DNA of 64,000 nucleotides from Chloroflexota bacterium (GCA_027593235.1 JAQCIU010000007.1:52983-116982), one strand, 5' to 3'; shown: positions 17,687-26,754, numbered from the stretch's first letter. Program-made: numbers and translations. Notes: generated by a model not told the origin, from the letters alone.

Positions 17687-19327
17687 TTGGCCCGTCCTTT
17701 GCGCGTTGCGCTCCTCCAACTCGAGGCCCGAGAGCTCGCCGATCACGACCGCGCCTGGGGCGAGTTGTTGCGCGCGATCGATGAGGCGGCGCTCCAGGAT
17801 CCCGAGCTGATCGTGCTCCCCGAGGCCAGCTACCCGGCCTACTTCCTGCAGTCACGCGAAGCCTACGAGGACGCCGCCGTCCATCCCGATCAGCAGGTGC
17901 TGAGCACCCTGGCCGCGCGCGCGAGCCAGCACGGCGTCTACCTGGCCGCCGGGCTGGTGCTGCGCGGCGCCAACGGCCTGGAAAACACCTGCGTCCTCTT
18001 TGACCCGGATGGGCACGAAGTCGGCCGTTACGTGAAGAGCTTCCTCTGGCACTTCGACCGGCGCTGGTTCCAGCCCGGCAGGCAATTCCCCGTCTTCGAG
18101 CTGACCTTCCCGCGTGCCGGTCGCGCGAGCGCCGGGATCCTGATCTGCTCCGATAGCCGCCTGGAGGAGATACCGCGCGCCTACGCAATCGAGGGCGCGC
18201 GACTGATCATCGATCCCACCGCCTGGGTCTCCTCTGGCCGCGACCCGCAGCACCTCTCCAACCCGCAGATCGAGTTCCTGATGCCCGCCCGCGCCGTGGA
18301 GAACGGCACCTGGATCGTCTGTGCGGACAAGACCGGGAGCGAGGCCCACTCGGTGGTCTACGCCGGCCAATCCGGCGTGATTTCGCCGACCGGTGAGTGG
18401 GTCGTGCGCGCCCCCTCCTCCGGTGCCGGCATCGTGGTCTATGAGCTGGATCTCGACGCGGCGGCCGGCCCGCCGATCGCGCGCCGACCGGAGCTGTTTG
18501 GCGACCTCGGGATGACCGCCGATCTGTCGGAAGCGGCCCGGCTCGCGCGCGAACCGCTGATCGCGGAGGACGCCGCCGCTCGCGTCGGGGCCGCCGCGAT
18601 GGACGCATCGCCCTCGGCGGTGGCACTCGTCGAGGGCGCACGCCAGCTCGTGCGCGCCGCCAGTACACAGGACGCCGCGATCGTCGTCCTCCCGGATCTC
18701 GCCGGCGCGGACACGCACGCGGTCACCGAGCGGGAGACGCTGCCGTTGTTGGAGGCGCTGGCGCACGAATGCTCGACGATGATCGCGGTCGTGCTCGCGG
18801 AGCGGGTTGACGCCGCCACGTTCAAAACGCAGTACCTGATCGACCCTTCGGGGGTGATCGCCTCGCACCGCCAGACGCACCTCTCCGACCGCGAGCGGCG
18901 AGCCGGATTCACGGCCGGCGATCGCCAGCCGCCGGTGATCGAAACCATCGTCGGACAGATCGGGCTCCTCGCGGGCGCCGAGGGGCTGGTCCCCGAACTG
19001 GCGCAATCGCTGAAGCTCCGCGGCAGCGAGCTGATCGCCTGGTCGGCAGGCGACATCGGGACGCCGCTCCGCACCTTCGCGCGGGCACGCGCCCTCGAAC
19101 ATCACTGTTATGTCGTGGCCGCTGGTGCCACCGGTGACGATGGTGGCGGCTACGTGATCGCTCCGGCGGGCGGGGTGCTCACGGAGACGCTCCCCCACCG
19201 CGCGATGGTGATGACGGCTGACATCAACCGGTTGCTGGCGCGCTGGAACGACATGGCCCCCGGTACCAACCCGATCCTCGATCGCGCGGCACTCCACGCT
19301 GGCACCGTCCAGCGCGCTGGACGCTAG
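17687..19327 (+). CDS. Carbon-nitrogen hydrolase family protein with two tandem domains
   Basis: Domain 1 has LPE / YVK / ICSD (E-K-C triad); domain 2 has LPD / HRQ / LAGAE. Confidence 0.85.
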   Translation: MARPLRVALLQLEARELADHDRAWGELLRAIDEAALQDPELIVLPEASYPAYFLQSREAYEDAAVHPDQQVLSTLAARASQHGVYLAAGLVLRGANGLENTCVLFDPDGHEVGRYVKSFLWHFDRRWFQPGRQFPVFELTFPRAGRASAGILICSDSRLEEIPRAYAIEGARLIIDPTAWVSSGRDPQHLSNPQIEFLMPARAVENGTWIVCADKTGSEAHSVVYAGQSGVISPTGEWVVRAPSSGAGIVVYELDLDAAAGPPIARRPELFGDLGMTADLSEAARLAREPLIAEDAAARVGAAAMDASPSAVALVEGARQLVRAASTQDAAIVVLPDLAGADTHAVTERETLPLLEALAHECSTMIAVVLAERVDAATFKTQYLIDPSGVIASHRQTHLSDRERRAGFTAGDRQPPVIETIVGQIGLLAGAEGLVPELAQSLKLRGSELIAWSAGDIGTPLRTFARARALEHHCYVVAAGATGDDGGGYVIAPAGGVLTETLPHRAMVMTADINRLLARWNDMAPGTNPILDRAALHAGTVQRAGR

Positions 19328-19404
19328 CCGCGCGCGACGAACCTCCGCACTCCGGCCCCTCCCGAGCGGTCAGCGTCGCGCCCAACCTCGACGATCCGCA
19401 GCAC

Positions 19405-19454
19405 GAGCCGAAGGCCCGTCAAGAGCCGAAGGCCCGTCGAGAGCCGAAGGCTCA
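19405..19454 (-). repeat. Three tandem GAGCCGAAGGC(CCGTC) palindromic units at the stop codon of the Cys-rich gene
   Basis: GAGCCGAAGGCCCGTC twice, then GAGCCGAAGGCTCA. Confidence 0.8.
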
Positions 19455-19868
19455 GTCGTCCCAGAGCTTGCGGCGGCTGGCGCAGTGCGCGCAGAGGACG
19501 GCGGTCACCTTCCGAGGCGGCAAGTAGCGCCGCTCCACGATCTGCATAGCCTTCAAGTGATCGTTGCAGAAGAGCAGGCGGCAGCGGCCGCATTCATGCT
19601 TCATCCGCGTCTGGCAGCCCTCGATCGCGCAGATCGAGACGCTGTTCGCGCCGCGCACGCGGGCGATCCACGCCTGGTGTGATTGGACGTCATCGAACTT
19701 CGCGCGACACTTGGGGCGGTCGCAGACCTCCAGGTAGTCCTCGCCGTGCATCCCGTGATCCTCGCAGAACGGATCACCGCAATAGACACACTGGCCCGTG
19801 GCGTCCACGCCACATGAACCCCTCAAGAACCCCTTGCTGAACGAACAGGTCAACCCAACCTGGATCAT
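19452..19868 (-). CDS. Cys/His-rich multi-zinc-finger hypothetical protein
   Basis: CVYC..FCEDH, CDRPKC, CAIEGC..CGRC..FCNDH, CAHC. Confidence 0.7.
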   Translation of the reverse strand: MIQVGLTCSFSKGFLRGSCGVDATGQCVYCGDPFCEDHGMHGEDYLEVCDRPKCRAKFDDVQSHQAWIARVRGANSVSICAIEGCQTRMKHECGRCRLLFCNDHLKAMQIVERRYLPPRKVTAVLCAHCASRRKLWDD

Positions 19869-19954
19869 TGGAGCAATCCCCGTGCGCGTCGCTATCCGCC
19901 CATTCTGGCATGGGCGCGCAAGCCCGGCGTACGGGATCTCACTGATCCCTGCGT

Positions 19955-20896
19955 CTAGGGCGAACGCCTGATGATCGCGCCGGTCGCGCTCCCCACCTGC
20001 AACTCACGAAGGAACGAGGCCGTGCGCACATCGACGATCGAGATCGCTCCACCCACCACGTCGCTCACGTAGAGCTGGTGGCCAGACGCGTCGAATACGA
20101 GGCCGTCCGGCACCCCGGCAACATCGACGCGACGTACCTCGCCAGAGCGATCGACGAGCGCGACCGCACCGGCCGCCGACAGCGCGACGGCGATCAGTTG
20201 GCCGTCCGGCGAAAACAGCACGCGCACCGGGCGCCCAGCGAGGGTGACCCGCAGCTCCTCGTCACCATGCGCGTCGAACAGCTGGAACTGGCCGCCAACG
20301 GCCCCCGCCGTCGCGATCGCACCATCCGCGGCGACGGACACCGTCTCCGGCAACGCCGACACCGGGAGTGCGCGATCCCCGAAACGCAGCGCGTTGTCGC
20401 GGGCGGCGGCGACCACGAGGCGGCCGTCCGCCGTCAGCGCAATCGCGTGCGGCCAGTCGCCCGTGGCGCTCGCCGGCAGCTCGCCCCAGCCATCGAGGGC
20501 GAAGCGTCGGATCTGGTTCGTCGCGCGATCGGTCACGAGCAGCGTCGAGCCCTCGAGCGCGAGTCCGTGCGGCGTGCCGCCGACGGCGATCTCCGTGACC
20601 TCGGCAGTGTCGAGGTTCACCACAGCAAGCAGGCCACGCTGCTCGATCGAGACGGCCACGCGGCCGTCCGGGAGCGTCAGCAGCTCGTGCGCCCCGCCGG
20701 GAAGCGGGATCCGCGCGCTGACGACGCCGTCCTCGGGGTTGACGAGCAACAGCTCATCGGCCCGCAGATCGGCGACCACCAGCGTGGTTGGCGGCTCGGC
20801 GGCAATCACGCGATCGAGGGTGGGCCTGGCGATCAGCAGCGCGAGTACCGCCAGCGGGAACCAGATCGGGATACCGCCGGAGCGTGGGGCCGTCAC
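19955..20896 (-). CDS. YncE/YVTN-type beta-propeller protein, membrane anchored
   Basis: Repeated blades GGTPHGLAL, GDWPHAIALTADG, GRPVRVLFSPDG, GVPDGLVFDASG; N-terminal hydrophobic segment. Confidence 0.8.
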   Translation of the reverse strand: MTAPRSGGIPIWFPLAVLALLIARPTLDRVIAAEPPTTLVVADLRADELLLVNPEDGVVSARIPLPGGAHELLTLPDGRVAVSIEQRGLLAVVNLDTAEVTEIAVGGTPHGLALEGSTLLVTDRATNQIRRFALDGWGELPASATGDWPHAIALTADGRLVVAAARDNALRFGDRALPVSALPETVSVAADGAIATAGAVGGQFQLFDAHGDEELRVTLAGRPVRVLFSPDGQLIAVALSAAGAVALVDRSGEVRRVDVAGVPDGLVFDASGHQLYVSDVVGGAISIVDVRTASFLRELQVGSATGAIIRRSP

Positions 20897-22299
20897 TACG
20901 CGGACTTCTTCGCAGCCTCGAGTTCGGCCAGCAAGCGGCGTGCGTCGGAGAGGCGTTCGCGCGCCATCCGTTCCAGACCGCTCTGCTTTTTCGAACCCGG
21001 GAAACGGGTCGCCGTCGATCCCGTGTCGTTGGACGCAAGCACCAGTTGATCGCCGGACGGTTCGTAGTACGCCGTCACGCCGGCGGTCGACTGGTTGATC
21101 CGCGTCATCAGCTTGGAGAGCGAATCCGTCGCCGTGTCGTAATCGAACGAGACGCCATTGATCTCGAACGTCCCTGTCGCGATCGGCTGTGTGGCGAAGC
21201 GTGCGGTGAGGATCGGCTCGCCGATCAGCGTGCCACCCATCCCGCTAACACCATCCCGGGTGGTCGTTCCAGGCGACGCCAGCAGGTTGGTCGCTTTCAA
21301 GAAGTTGCTGGAATCGCTGCCGGCGCCCAGCAGCACGGACTGGGCGCCGTTCACCGGATCGTCCGCGATCCGCAGGATGTTCGGTCGTCCGGACGCGTCG
21401 TTTTCGATACTCGCGATCACACCTGCGCCGGCGACGTTGATCATCAGCACGACATCGTCGAGCGAAATGAGGCTGGTGCCGTCAACTTCGACACCGACCT
21501 TCGCGCCGCCGCCGTCCAGCAACTCCACGGATTCCAGGAAGTTGCCGGTGGTGTCACTCAACGTGATCAGCCCCGGGCCGTTCGTCTTGTTGACGAGCGT
21601 GAAGGTGTCGGTCGCCGAATCGAACGAGGCGGTGACGCCTGCCGCGGACTGGTTGACGCGCGTGATCACGCCGTTCAACGTGTCCACGGCCGCATCGAAG
21701 TTGATCGTCACGCCGTTGATGACGAACGACCCGGTGACCGGCGTCACGTCGAAGCCGGCCGTTGCGAGAATCGCCGTCCCACTGTCACCGGTGCCAATCG
21801 CGCTGGCGCTTGCCAGGCTGGCGCCGGTCGCGGCCGCGACCGTGAATTCCGTGCTGTTGATGGTGAAGGTACCCGGCACGAAGGCTTTGCCGAAGCCCGC
21901 TTGATCGAGCGGGACGGCGGAATCGATCGCCGCGCCCACCGCAACGTCGCTACGCGCGCGCGTCGCCGTCGCGATCTGAGTCACGGCCAGCTTGAAGCTG
22001 CCCAGGGCCGCGCTGCCGTTCGCGGTGGCCAGCACCTTGCCGGCGTCCTGGGTCTGCGCCAGCACGCTCGTCCCCTGGGTCGCGAAGGTGGAGGTCTTGG
22101 TGAGCGCTTCCGCCTTTCCGGCCAGCGAACTGAGCGACGAACCAACCGCCTGAAGCGCGTTTCGCTTCTGCTGCTGGGCCTCACGGCGAAGCTCTTGCGT
22201 ACCGATCGGCCGCCGCTGGATGTCCATCAGCGCGGTAATGATCGCGTTGGTATCCAGTCCTGAGGCCAGGCCGCCGAAGGTGATGCGGTTCTGAACCAC
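20896..22299 (-). CDS. fliD: Flagellar filament cap protein FliD, C-terminally truncated/fused
   Basis: ITFGGLASGLDTNAIITALM N-terminal motif, VTQIATA, internal FliD-type repeats; no FliD C-terminal coiled-coil region. Confidence 0.8.
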   Translation of the reverse strand: MVQNRITFGGLASGLDTNAIITALMDIQRRPIGTQELRREAQQQKRNALQAVGSSLSSLAGKAEALTKTSTFATQGTSVLAQTQDAGKVLATANGSAALGSFKLAVTQIATATRARSDVAVGAAIDSAVPLDQAGFGKAFVPGTFTINSTEFTVAAATGASLASASAIGTGDSGTAILATAGFDVTPVTGSFVINGVTINFDAAVDTLNGVITRVNQSAAGVTASFDSATDTFTLVNKTNGPGLITLSDTTGNFLESVELLDGGGAKVGVEVDGTSLISLDDVVLMINVAGAGVIASIENDASGRPNILRIADDPVNGAQSVLLGAGSDSSNFLKATNLLASPGTTTRDGVSGMGGTLIGEPILTARFATQPIATGTFEINGVSFDYDTATDSLSKLMTRINQSTAGVTAYYEPSGDQLVLASNDTGSTATRFPGSKKQSGLERMARERLSDARRLLAELEAAKKSA

Positions 22300-22307
22300 G
22301 GAAACCC

Positions 22308-22670
22308 CTAGGAAGACACCCGGAGCAGGAGTCCCGGGGGGAGGCCGGTATCCTCGGCGAGTGCCTTCAACTCCTCGGGCGTGATCAACGCCACGGTCTC
22401 GTTTCGGGAGCGGTCGGTGATCCGGATCAGCGGTTCACCCTCGGAACCCAGTTCGAATCGCGCGGTCAACGACTCGCCGCGATCGGATTCCGAAAGCGCG
22501 ACCGCCAACTCCTCGGCGCCTGGCGCTCGCTCTGCGTGCGGTTCCGGCTCGTGCCCAGGACCGCGACCGCCGGAGCCAGCATCATGTGACACCGCTACCG
22601 GGCGCTCTGCTGATGCGTCGGTGTGCTGAATGCGTAGATCGGCCACAACCTCTGCTCCCGGCTCCATCAT
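22308..22670 (-). CDS. flaG: FlaG-like flagellar protein
   Basis: IRITDRSRNETVALITPEELKALAE resembles the FlaG core; immediately upstream of fliD. Confidence 0.6.
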   Translation of the reverse strand: MMEPGAEVVADLRIQHTDASAERPVAVSHDAGSGGRGPGHEPEPHAERAPGAEELAVALSESDRGESLTARFELGSEGEPLIRITDRSRNETVALITPEELKALAEDTGLPPGLLLRVSS

Positions 22671-22762
22671 CGGGAGCCGGAGGGCAGGTCCGCACTGGGG
22701 AACACGCTCAGTCAGGGAATCAACAACCCCGCCGTAGCCCCGTGAATCGGCGGCTCCTGGAC

Positions 22763-23926
22763 CTAGTTCGTCCCGCGACCCACCTGGATCTGCACGATCA
22801 CGCTATTCAGGTCCTGATCGGATTCGAACTGATCGATGTTCGCGACACCCACCATGTTGTTCGGGATGTGCTCGAAATTCAGTAACGTCCCGAACCCCTG
22901 CGCCTCATCTCCGGTCAGCTCCCAACCCGCCGAGGCCAGCGCGTCGCGGTACTGCTGAGCGACCTCGGTCCCCGAGCGCGGCGTGACCATCGTCACTTGG
23001 TAGATGTCGCCGGTCGGCTGGTTGTTCCACGTCACCTCGACGACAGTCAGATCGTCGATCACGAGGAAATCGGCCGGAAATCCCTCGGGCAGCGGACGCG
23101 CCGCCGGGATCGCGAACACCGGATCCTCCACTACCGCCGGGGACTGAATCGTCAGCCGGTAGAGCACCGCGGATCGTGGTTCGTCGCCTCGTCCGAGCGC
23201 TCGATAGCCCGTGAACAGATCGAGTGCGCTCACCACCGGCATTTCGCCAACGGCGGTGATCACGTCACCCTCCTGAAGTTGCCGATCGGAGAGCACCTGC
23301 GTGACCTCCAGCCCATCCGAAAGCTCCCGGAAGCGCGCATCGATCTCCGGGATGAATGCCCCTCGAGGCAGCTCCAGCTCCAACGTCTGATCGCCCCGCC
23401 GCACCGTCACACTGAAGGTCGGGGTCGCCGGCAGTGACTGCACGGTCGCAAAGCCCTCGATGTCGCCGGAGCGCGTGCTCTGGAAACTGATCGCCGCGAA
23501 CAGTTCGTTCGACTGACCGCCGGTTACCTGCCACGGCGTCTCATCGAGGAGCTGGCGCAACGTCTCCTCAATCGCCGTGTCCACGAATGGCACGTCGTAC
23601 GAGAGCCAGATCTCGTTCGTCCCGTCTCGCCGGCGGACGTGGTACGAACCGATCAGCACGCCGTCCGCAGGGACCGGCACCGCAATGATGTCCGCGTCTG
23701 GCGTGTCCTCGGTCATCCCGGGGTTCAGCAGCTCCGCGAGGTCAGGCGGCAACGCCGCGTCGTAGACGAAGAGGCTGGACCCGAAATCGCGGACCTCGAA
23801 CAGTCGCAGGTAGCGATCGCCGACGCTCGATCCGGCCGTACCGTCCGGCGTGGCGTCCGATCCACCGCAGGCCAGCGCCAACAGCACCGGGACAACAACG
23901 AGGATGGAGAGCCAGCGGAGACGCAC
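22763..23926 (-). CDS. Hypothetical lipoprotein with a PDZ-like segment
   Basis: Lipobox LALAC; LQEGDVITAVG PDZ-like motif. Confidence 0.7.
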   Translation of the reverse strand: MRLRWLSILVVVPVLLALACGGSDATPDGTAGSSVGDRYLRLFEVRDFGSSLFVYDAALPPDLAELLNPGMTEDTPDADIIAVPVPADGVLIGSYHVRRRDGTNEIWLSYDVPFVDTAIEETLRQLLDETPWQVTGGQSNELFAAISFQSTRSGDIEGFATVQSLPATPTFSVTVRRGDQTLELELPRGAFIPEIDARFRELSDGLEVTQVLSDRQLQEGDVITAVGEMPVVSALDLFTGYRALGRGDEPRSAVLYRLTIQSPAVVEDPVFAIPAARPLPEGFPADFLVIDDLTVVEVTWNNQPTGDIYQVTMVTPRSGTEVAQQYRDALASAGWELTGDEAQGFGTLLNFEHIPNNMVGVANIDQFESDQDLNSVIVQIQVGRGTN

Positions 23927-24090
23927 AGGCGGACCTTTCGCGGTGTGGGAGCGGGAATCGTAGCACCGCGAGGAGGACCGACCGGAAACGGATCGCGCGA
24001 CGGTGAGTCGGCGGACGTCAACGCGTCAGCCAAGGACGGTCACCGCTCAGAGCACAAGCGACACGGAGTTATCGGCCGGAGGGGGTTCGA

Positions 24091-24167
24091 TGGGGTGGGT
24101 GAGGGGACTTGAACCCCCGATCTCCAGGGCCACAACCTGGCGCCTTAACCACTAGGCCACACCCACC
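24091..24167 (-). tRNA. tRNA-His (GTG)
   Basis: Cloverleaf with G-1, acceptor GTGGGTG/CACCCAC, anticodon arm CCAGG-TTGTGGC-CCTGG, GTTCAA T-loop, encoded CCA. Confidence 0.97.
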
Positions 24168-24241
24168 ATCGAGACACGCCGGTGGGCAACCCTCCGACGC
24201 GTCGGCGATCGTAGCATTCGCGGTGAGACCGGACTATGCGT

Positions 24242-25342
24242 CTAGAGCGGAAGAACGTATCGACGAGGGTCGAGCGAGCGTCCCTCGTAGCTGATCCCCA
24301 GACGGAGCTGCGCGTTCTGTTCAGCCGCTCCCGGCAGCGTGCCCAGCAGCTCGCCACGCTGAACCGTATCGCCGGCCGCGAGTCCCACCTCGCCAAGACC
24401 GAACAACGAGGTCCGCCAGCCGTTCCCGTGATCCAGCAACACCGAGTGGAATCCGCCGATGCGATCGACCGAGACCACCTGCGCCGCCGAGGGCGCTCGC
24501 ACCTCGCTGCCACCATTCGCGAAGTAGTCCAGCCAAGTCGGGCCGCTGCTCGTACTGGTCGCCTGGACCGGCGTGCTCAGCACGCCACCCGGCCCGCGCC
24601 CGCCGAACACCGCTACCTCCGAGGGCGCGACGGGATCGTAGCGAGGCACATCCGACCCCAGGATCGCGTTCAGATAGTCCTTCGTCTCCGCCGGCAGCGC
24701 CTGTTCCCACTGATCGCCGTGTGCCTCGACCAGCGATCGCACGCGGCCGAGTCCCGCGTTGTAGGACGCCAGCGCTTTCCGCACGTCGCCATCCCACGCC
24801 GTCAGGTAATGCCGCATCGTTTCCGCGCCGGCCTTCAACCCGGCCTCCGGATTCGCGCGATCCACGCTCGGGTAATACTGCGGCATCAGTTGCGCGATGC
24901 CCTCGGCACCCGCCGTCGAGACGCGCTCGCCGAACACGACGTCCGGCGAGAACCCGGACTCCTGGCCGATCTGACGCTCGAACAACCAGCCGTAGCCGGG
25001 CCCAATCACCTGCTCCGCGGTGTCGCGTGCCATGGCGCGCCAGCCGTACGGATCGTCTACGTCGCCCGTCGCGTACTTCGCCGCCAGCGCAGCCACGTCC
25101 CGTGACTGCCGGCCGCCTGACGAGGTGATTGGAAGCTCGCTGCCGGCCGGGGCGAACAGCGCGCCACCGCCGCGCAGTGCGGCGATCTCCGCGCGCACGC
25201 TCGCGATCTCGCTCCGGGGCCGGTCCAGGTGGCGCGTCAGTACCGCCGCGAACTGATCGATCGCCGGCGAACCCGCCGGACGCGCGGATACCGCCTCGGA
25301 GCTACGAGGTTCGCTTGTGCCGCTGATCGAATCGATTGCCAT
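24242..25342 (-). CDS. Lytic transglycosylase (SLT) fused to a degenerate M23/LytM domain
   Basis: QESGF, AEGIAQLMP, ALASYNAG, ETKDY; C-terminal DHGNGWRT...GDTVQRGELLG M23 fold. Confidence 0.85.
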   Translation of the reverse strand: MAIDSISGTSEPRSSEAVSARPAGSPAIDQFAAVLTRHLDRPRSEIASVRAEIAALRGGGALFAPAGSELPITSSGGRQSRDVAALAAKYATGDVDDPYGWRAMARDTAEQVIGPGYGWLFERQIGQESGFSPDVVFGERVSTAGAEGIAQLMPQYYPSVDRANPEAGLKAGAETMRHYLTAWDGDVRKALASYNAGLGRVRSLVEAHGDQWEQALPAETKDYLNAILGSDVPRYDPVAPSEVAVFGGRGPGGVLSTPVQATSTSSGPTWLDYFANGGSEVRAPSAAQVVSVDRIGGFHSVLLDHGNGWRTSLFGLGEVGLAAGDTVQRGELLGTLPGAAEQNAQLRLGISYEGRSLDPRRYVLPL

Positions 25343-25467
25343 CGCACCACCCTGGATGCGATCGCAGCCTAGGACCGGCGGGAGACGTTGCGTATGAGGG
25401 ATGACCCGCGGACCGCGGATCGGCGCGTCGCCAGCGACGGGGTTGCGCTTGGCCTCGCTAGGCCCCG

Positions 25468-25971
25468 CTAGGCCTCGTCGCCAAGCAGCCGGTAGCGCCC
25501 GCGATGGAACAACAGCGGCGCGAGGTCGGGGGCGCCGAAGCCAACGGCGGTCGCCTCGCCGATCACAATCATGTGATCGCCACCCGGCAGCCGCTCCATG
25601 ATCCGGCATTCCGCGTAACCCAGCGTGCCCTCCAACAGCGGCACGCCGCTCTCCCCGGTGCGGTACGCGAAGCCGCCCATCGGCTCCTCGGGCGCGCCAT
25701 GCTTGGCGAAGAGATCGGAGATTGGCCGCTGATCGGCGGCAAGGATGTTCACACCGAATCCGTCCGCGTCCACGAACAGATCGTGCATCGATCCCGTCTG
25801 CTGCACGCACACCACCACCAGTGGCGGATCGAGGGACAACGACAGCACCGCGTTTGCCGTCATCCCGCGTGGCTCGCCGTCAACATGCAAGGTGACGACC
25901 GTGACGCCGGTCGCGAATGCGCCCATCACGTCACGGAACTGGCGCTGATCGACCGCGCTCTGCTCACTCAT
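25468..25971 (-). CDS. Flavin reductase family protein
   Basis: FATGVTVVT, SLSLDPPL, GGDHMIVIGE, PLLFHRGRY. Confidence 0.92.
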   Translation of the reverse strand: MSEQSAVDQRQFRDVMGAFATGVTVVTLHVDGEPRGMTANAVLSLSLDPPLVVVCVQQTGSMHDLFVDADGFGVNILAADQRPISDLFAKHGAPEEPMGGFAYRTGESGVPLLEGTLGYAECRIMERLPGGDHMIVIGEATAVGFGAPDLAPLLFHRGRYRLLGDEA

Positions 25972-26115
25972 CGGGTTGGCCCTCTCGTTCGCCTGGCACT
26001 GCCCGTGGAGCCGCACCTTACCTGCGCGGATGGCCTGTCGCCTAGGCCTGCCGGGACGACCGGTCGCGTAGCAGATTCGCGTGCGGAATGCTGACGCCGT
26101 GCAACGGACCGGGGG

Positions 26116-26379
26116 TCAACTGGCATGGCTCTCGGACGGGTCCTCGGACGATCGCGCGGGACGACCACGCTCCGCGATCAGGTACGCCAGCCGGCCGCGG
26201 AGGTGGTCGGTGCATACGCCGCAGACCTGCACATCACGCAGCCGGGAACGATCGGGCGTCACCCGGATCTGGGACTCTCCGTAAACGAACGCCCCACGCG
26301 AGTACTGGACCTGCGTCACTTGCCCCTCGATCGTCGCGAGGCAGAGATCGCAGCCGAAGTACCCGCTCGCCGTGCTCAC
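26116..26379 (-). CDS. Small CxxC...CxxC hypothetical protein (87 aa)
   Basis: GTG start overlaps the upstream TGA (GTGA); CDLC...CGVC. Confidence 0.55.
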   Translation of the reverse strand: MSTASGYFGCDLCLATIEGQVTQVQYSRGAFVYGESQIRVTPDRSRLRDVQVCGVCTDHLRGRLAYLIAERGRPARSSEDPSESHAS

Positions 26380-26615
26380 GAGAGCGCCCCGTGCTCGGCG
26401 GTATCTGCCTGTCGTGCCATCGCCCGCCCCACCAGTTCGCCAAACCCGTGCTCGAAGTACCGCGCGCACGTGCGGCAGAGCAGGTACTGGTCCAGCCCAT
26501 CGGGAACCGGGAAGAGGCGCCCCTGCCCATCGACGACAAACGGGCGGAACGTCACCCCCACCAGGTTGCCTTGCATCCGGTAGCCGCAGGCCGCACAGGG
26601 GATCGAGAGCGCCAT
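26376..26615 (-). CDS. Small CxxC...CxxC hypothetical protein (79 aa)
   Basis: GAGGAG RBS before ATG 26615; CAAC...CRTC. Confidence 0.65.
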   Translation of the reverse strand: MALSIPCAACGYRMQGNLVGVTFRPFVVDGQGRLFPVPDGLDQYLLCRTCARYFEHGFGELVGRAMARQADTAEHGALS

Positions 26616-26754
26616 GATCTGACTCCTCTGCTGATCGTCGGCAGCGGATCATCAGGCTGATGCGGAACTCCCCCAATACGCCCCGCCGGCCGTCAACCGC
26701 CCCCACGGATCGCGGGCCTCCTTCGCTTGCACGTCGTCGACCCGTACGCTGGCT

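Noticed and set aside
22637-22700. Sigma-28 promoter for flaG-fliD
   Set aside because: CCGAT-type -10 candidates exist, but no TAAA-like -35 at the proper spacing.
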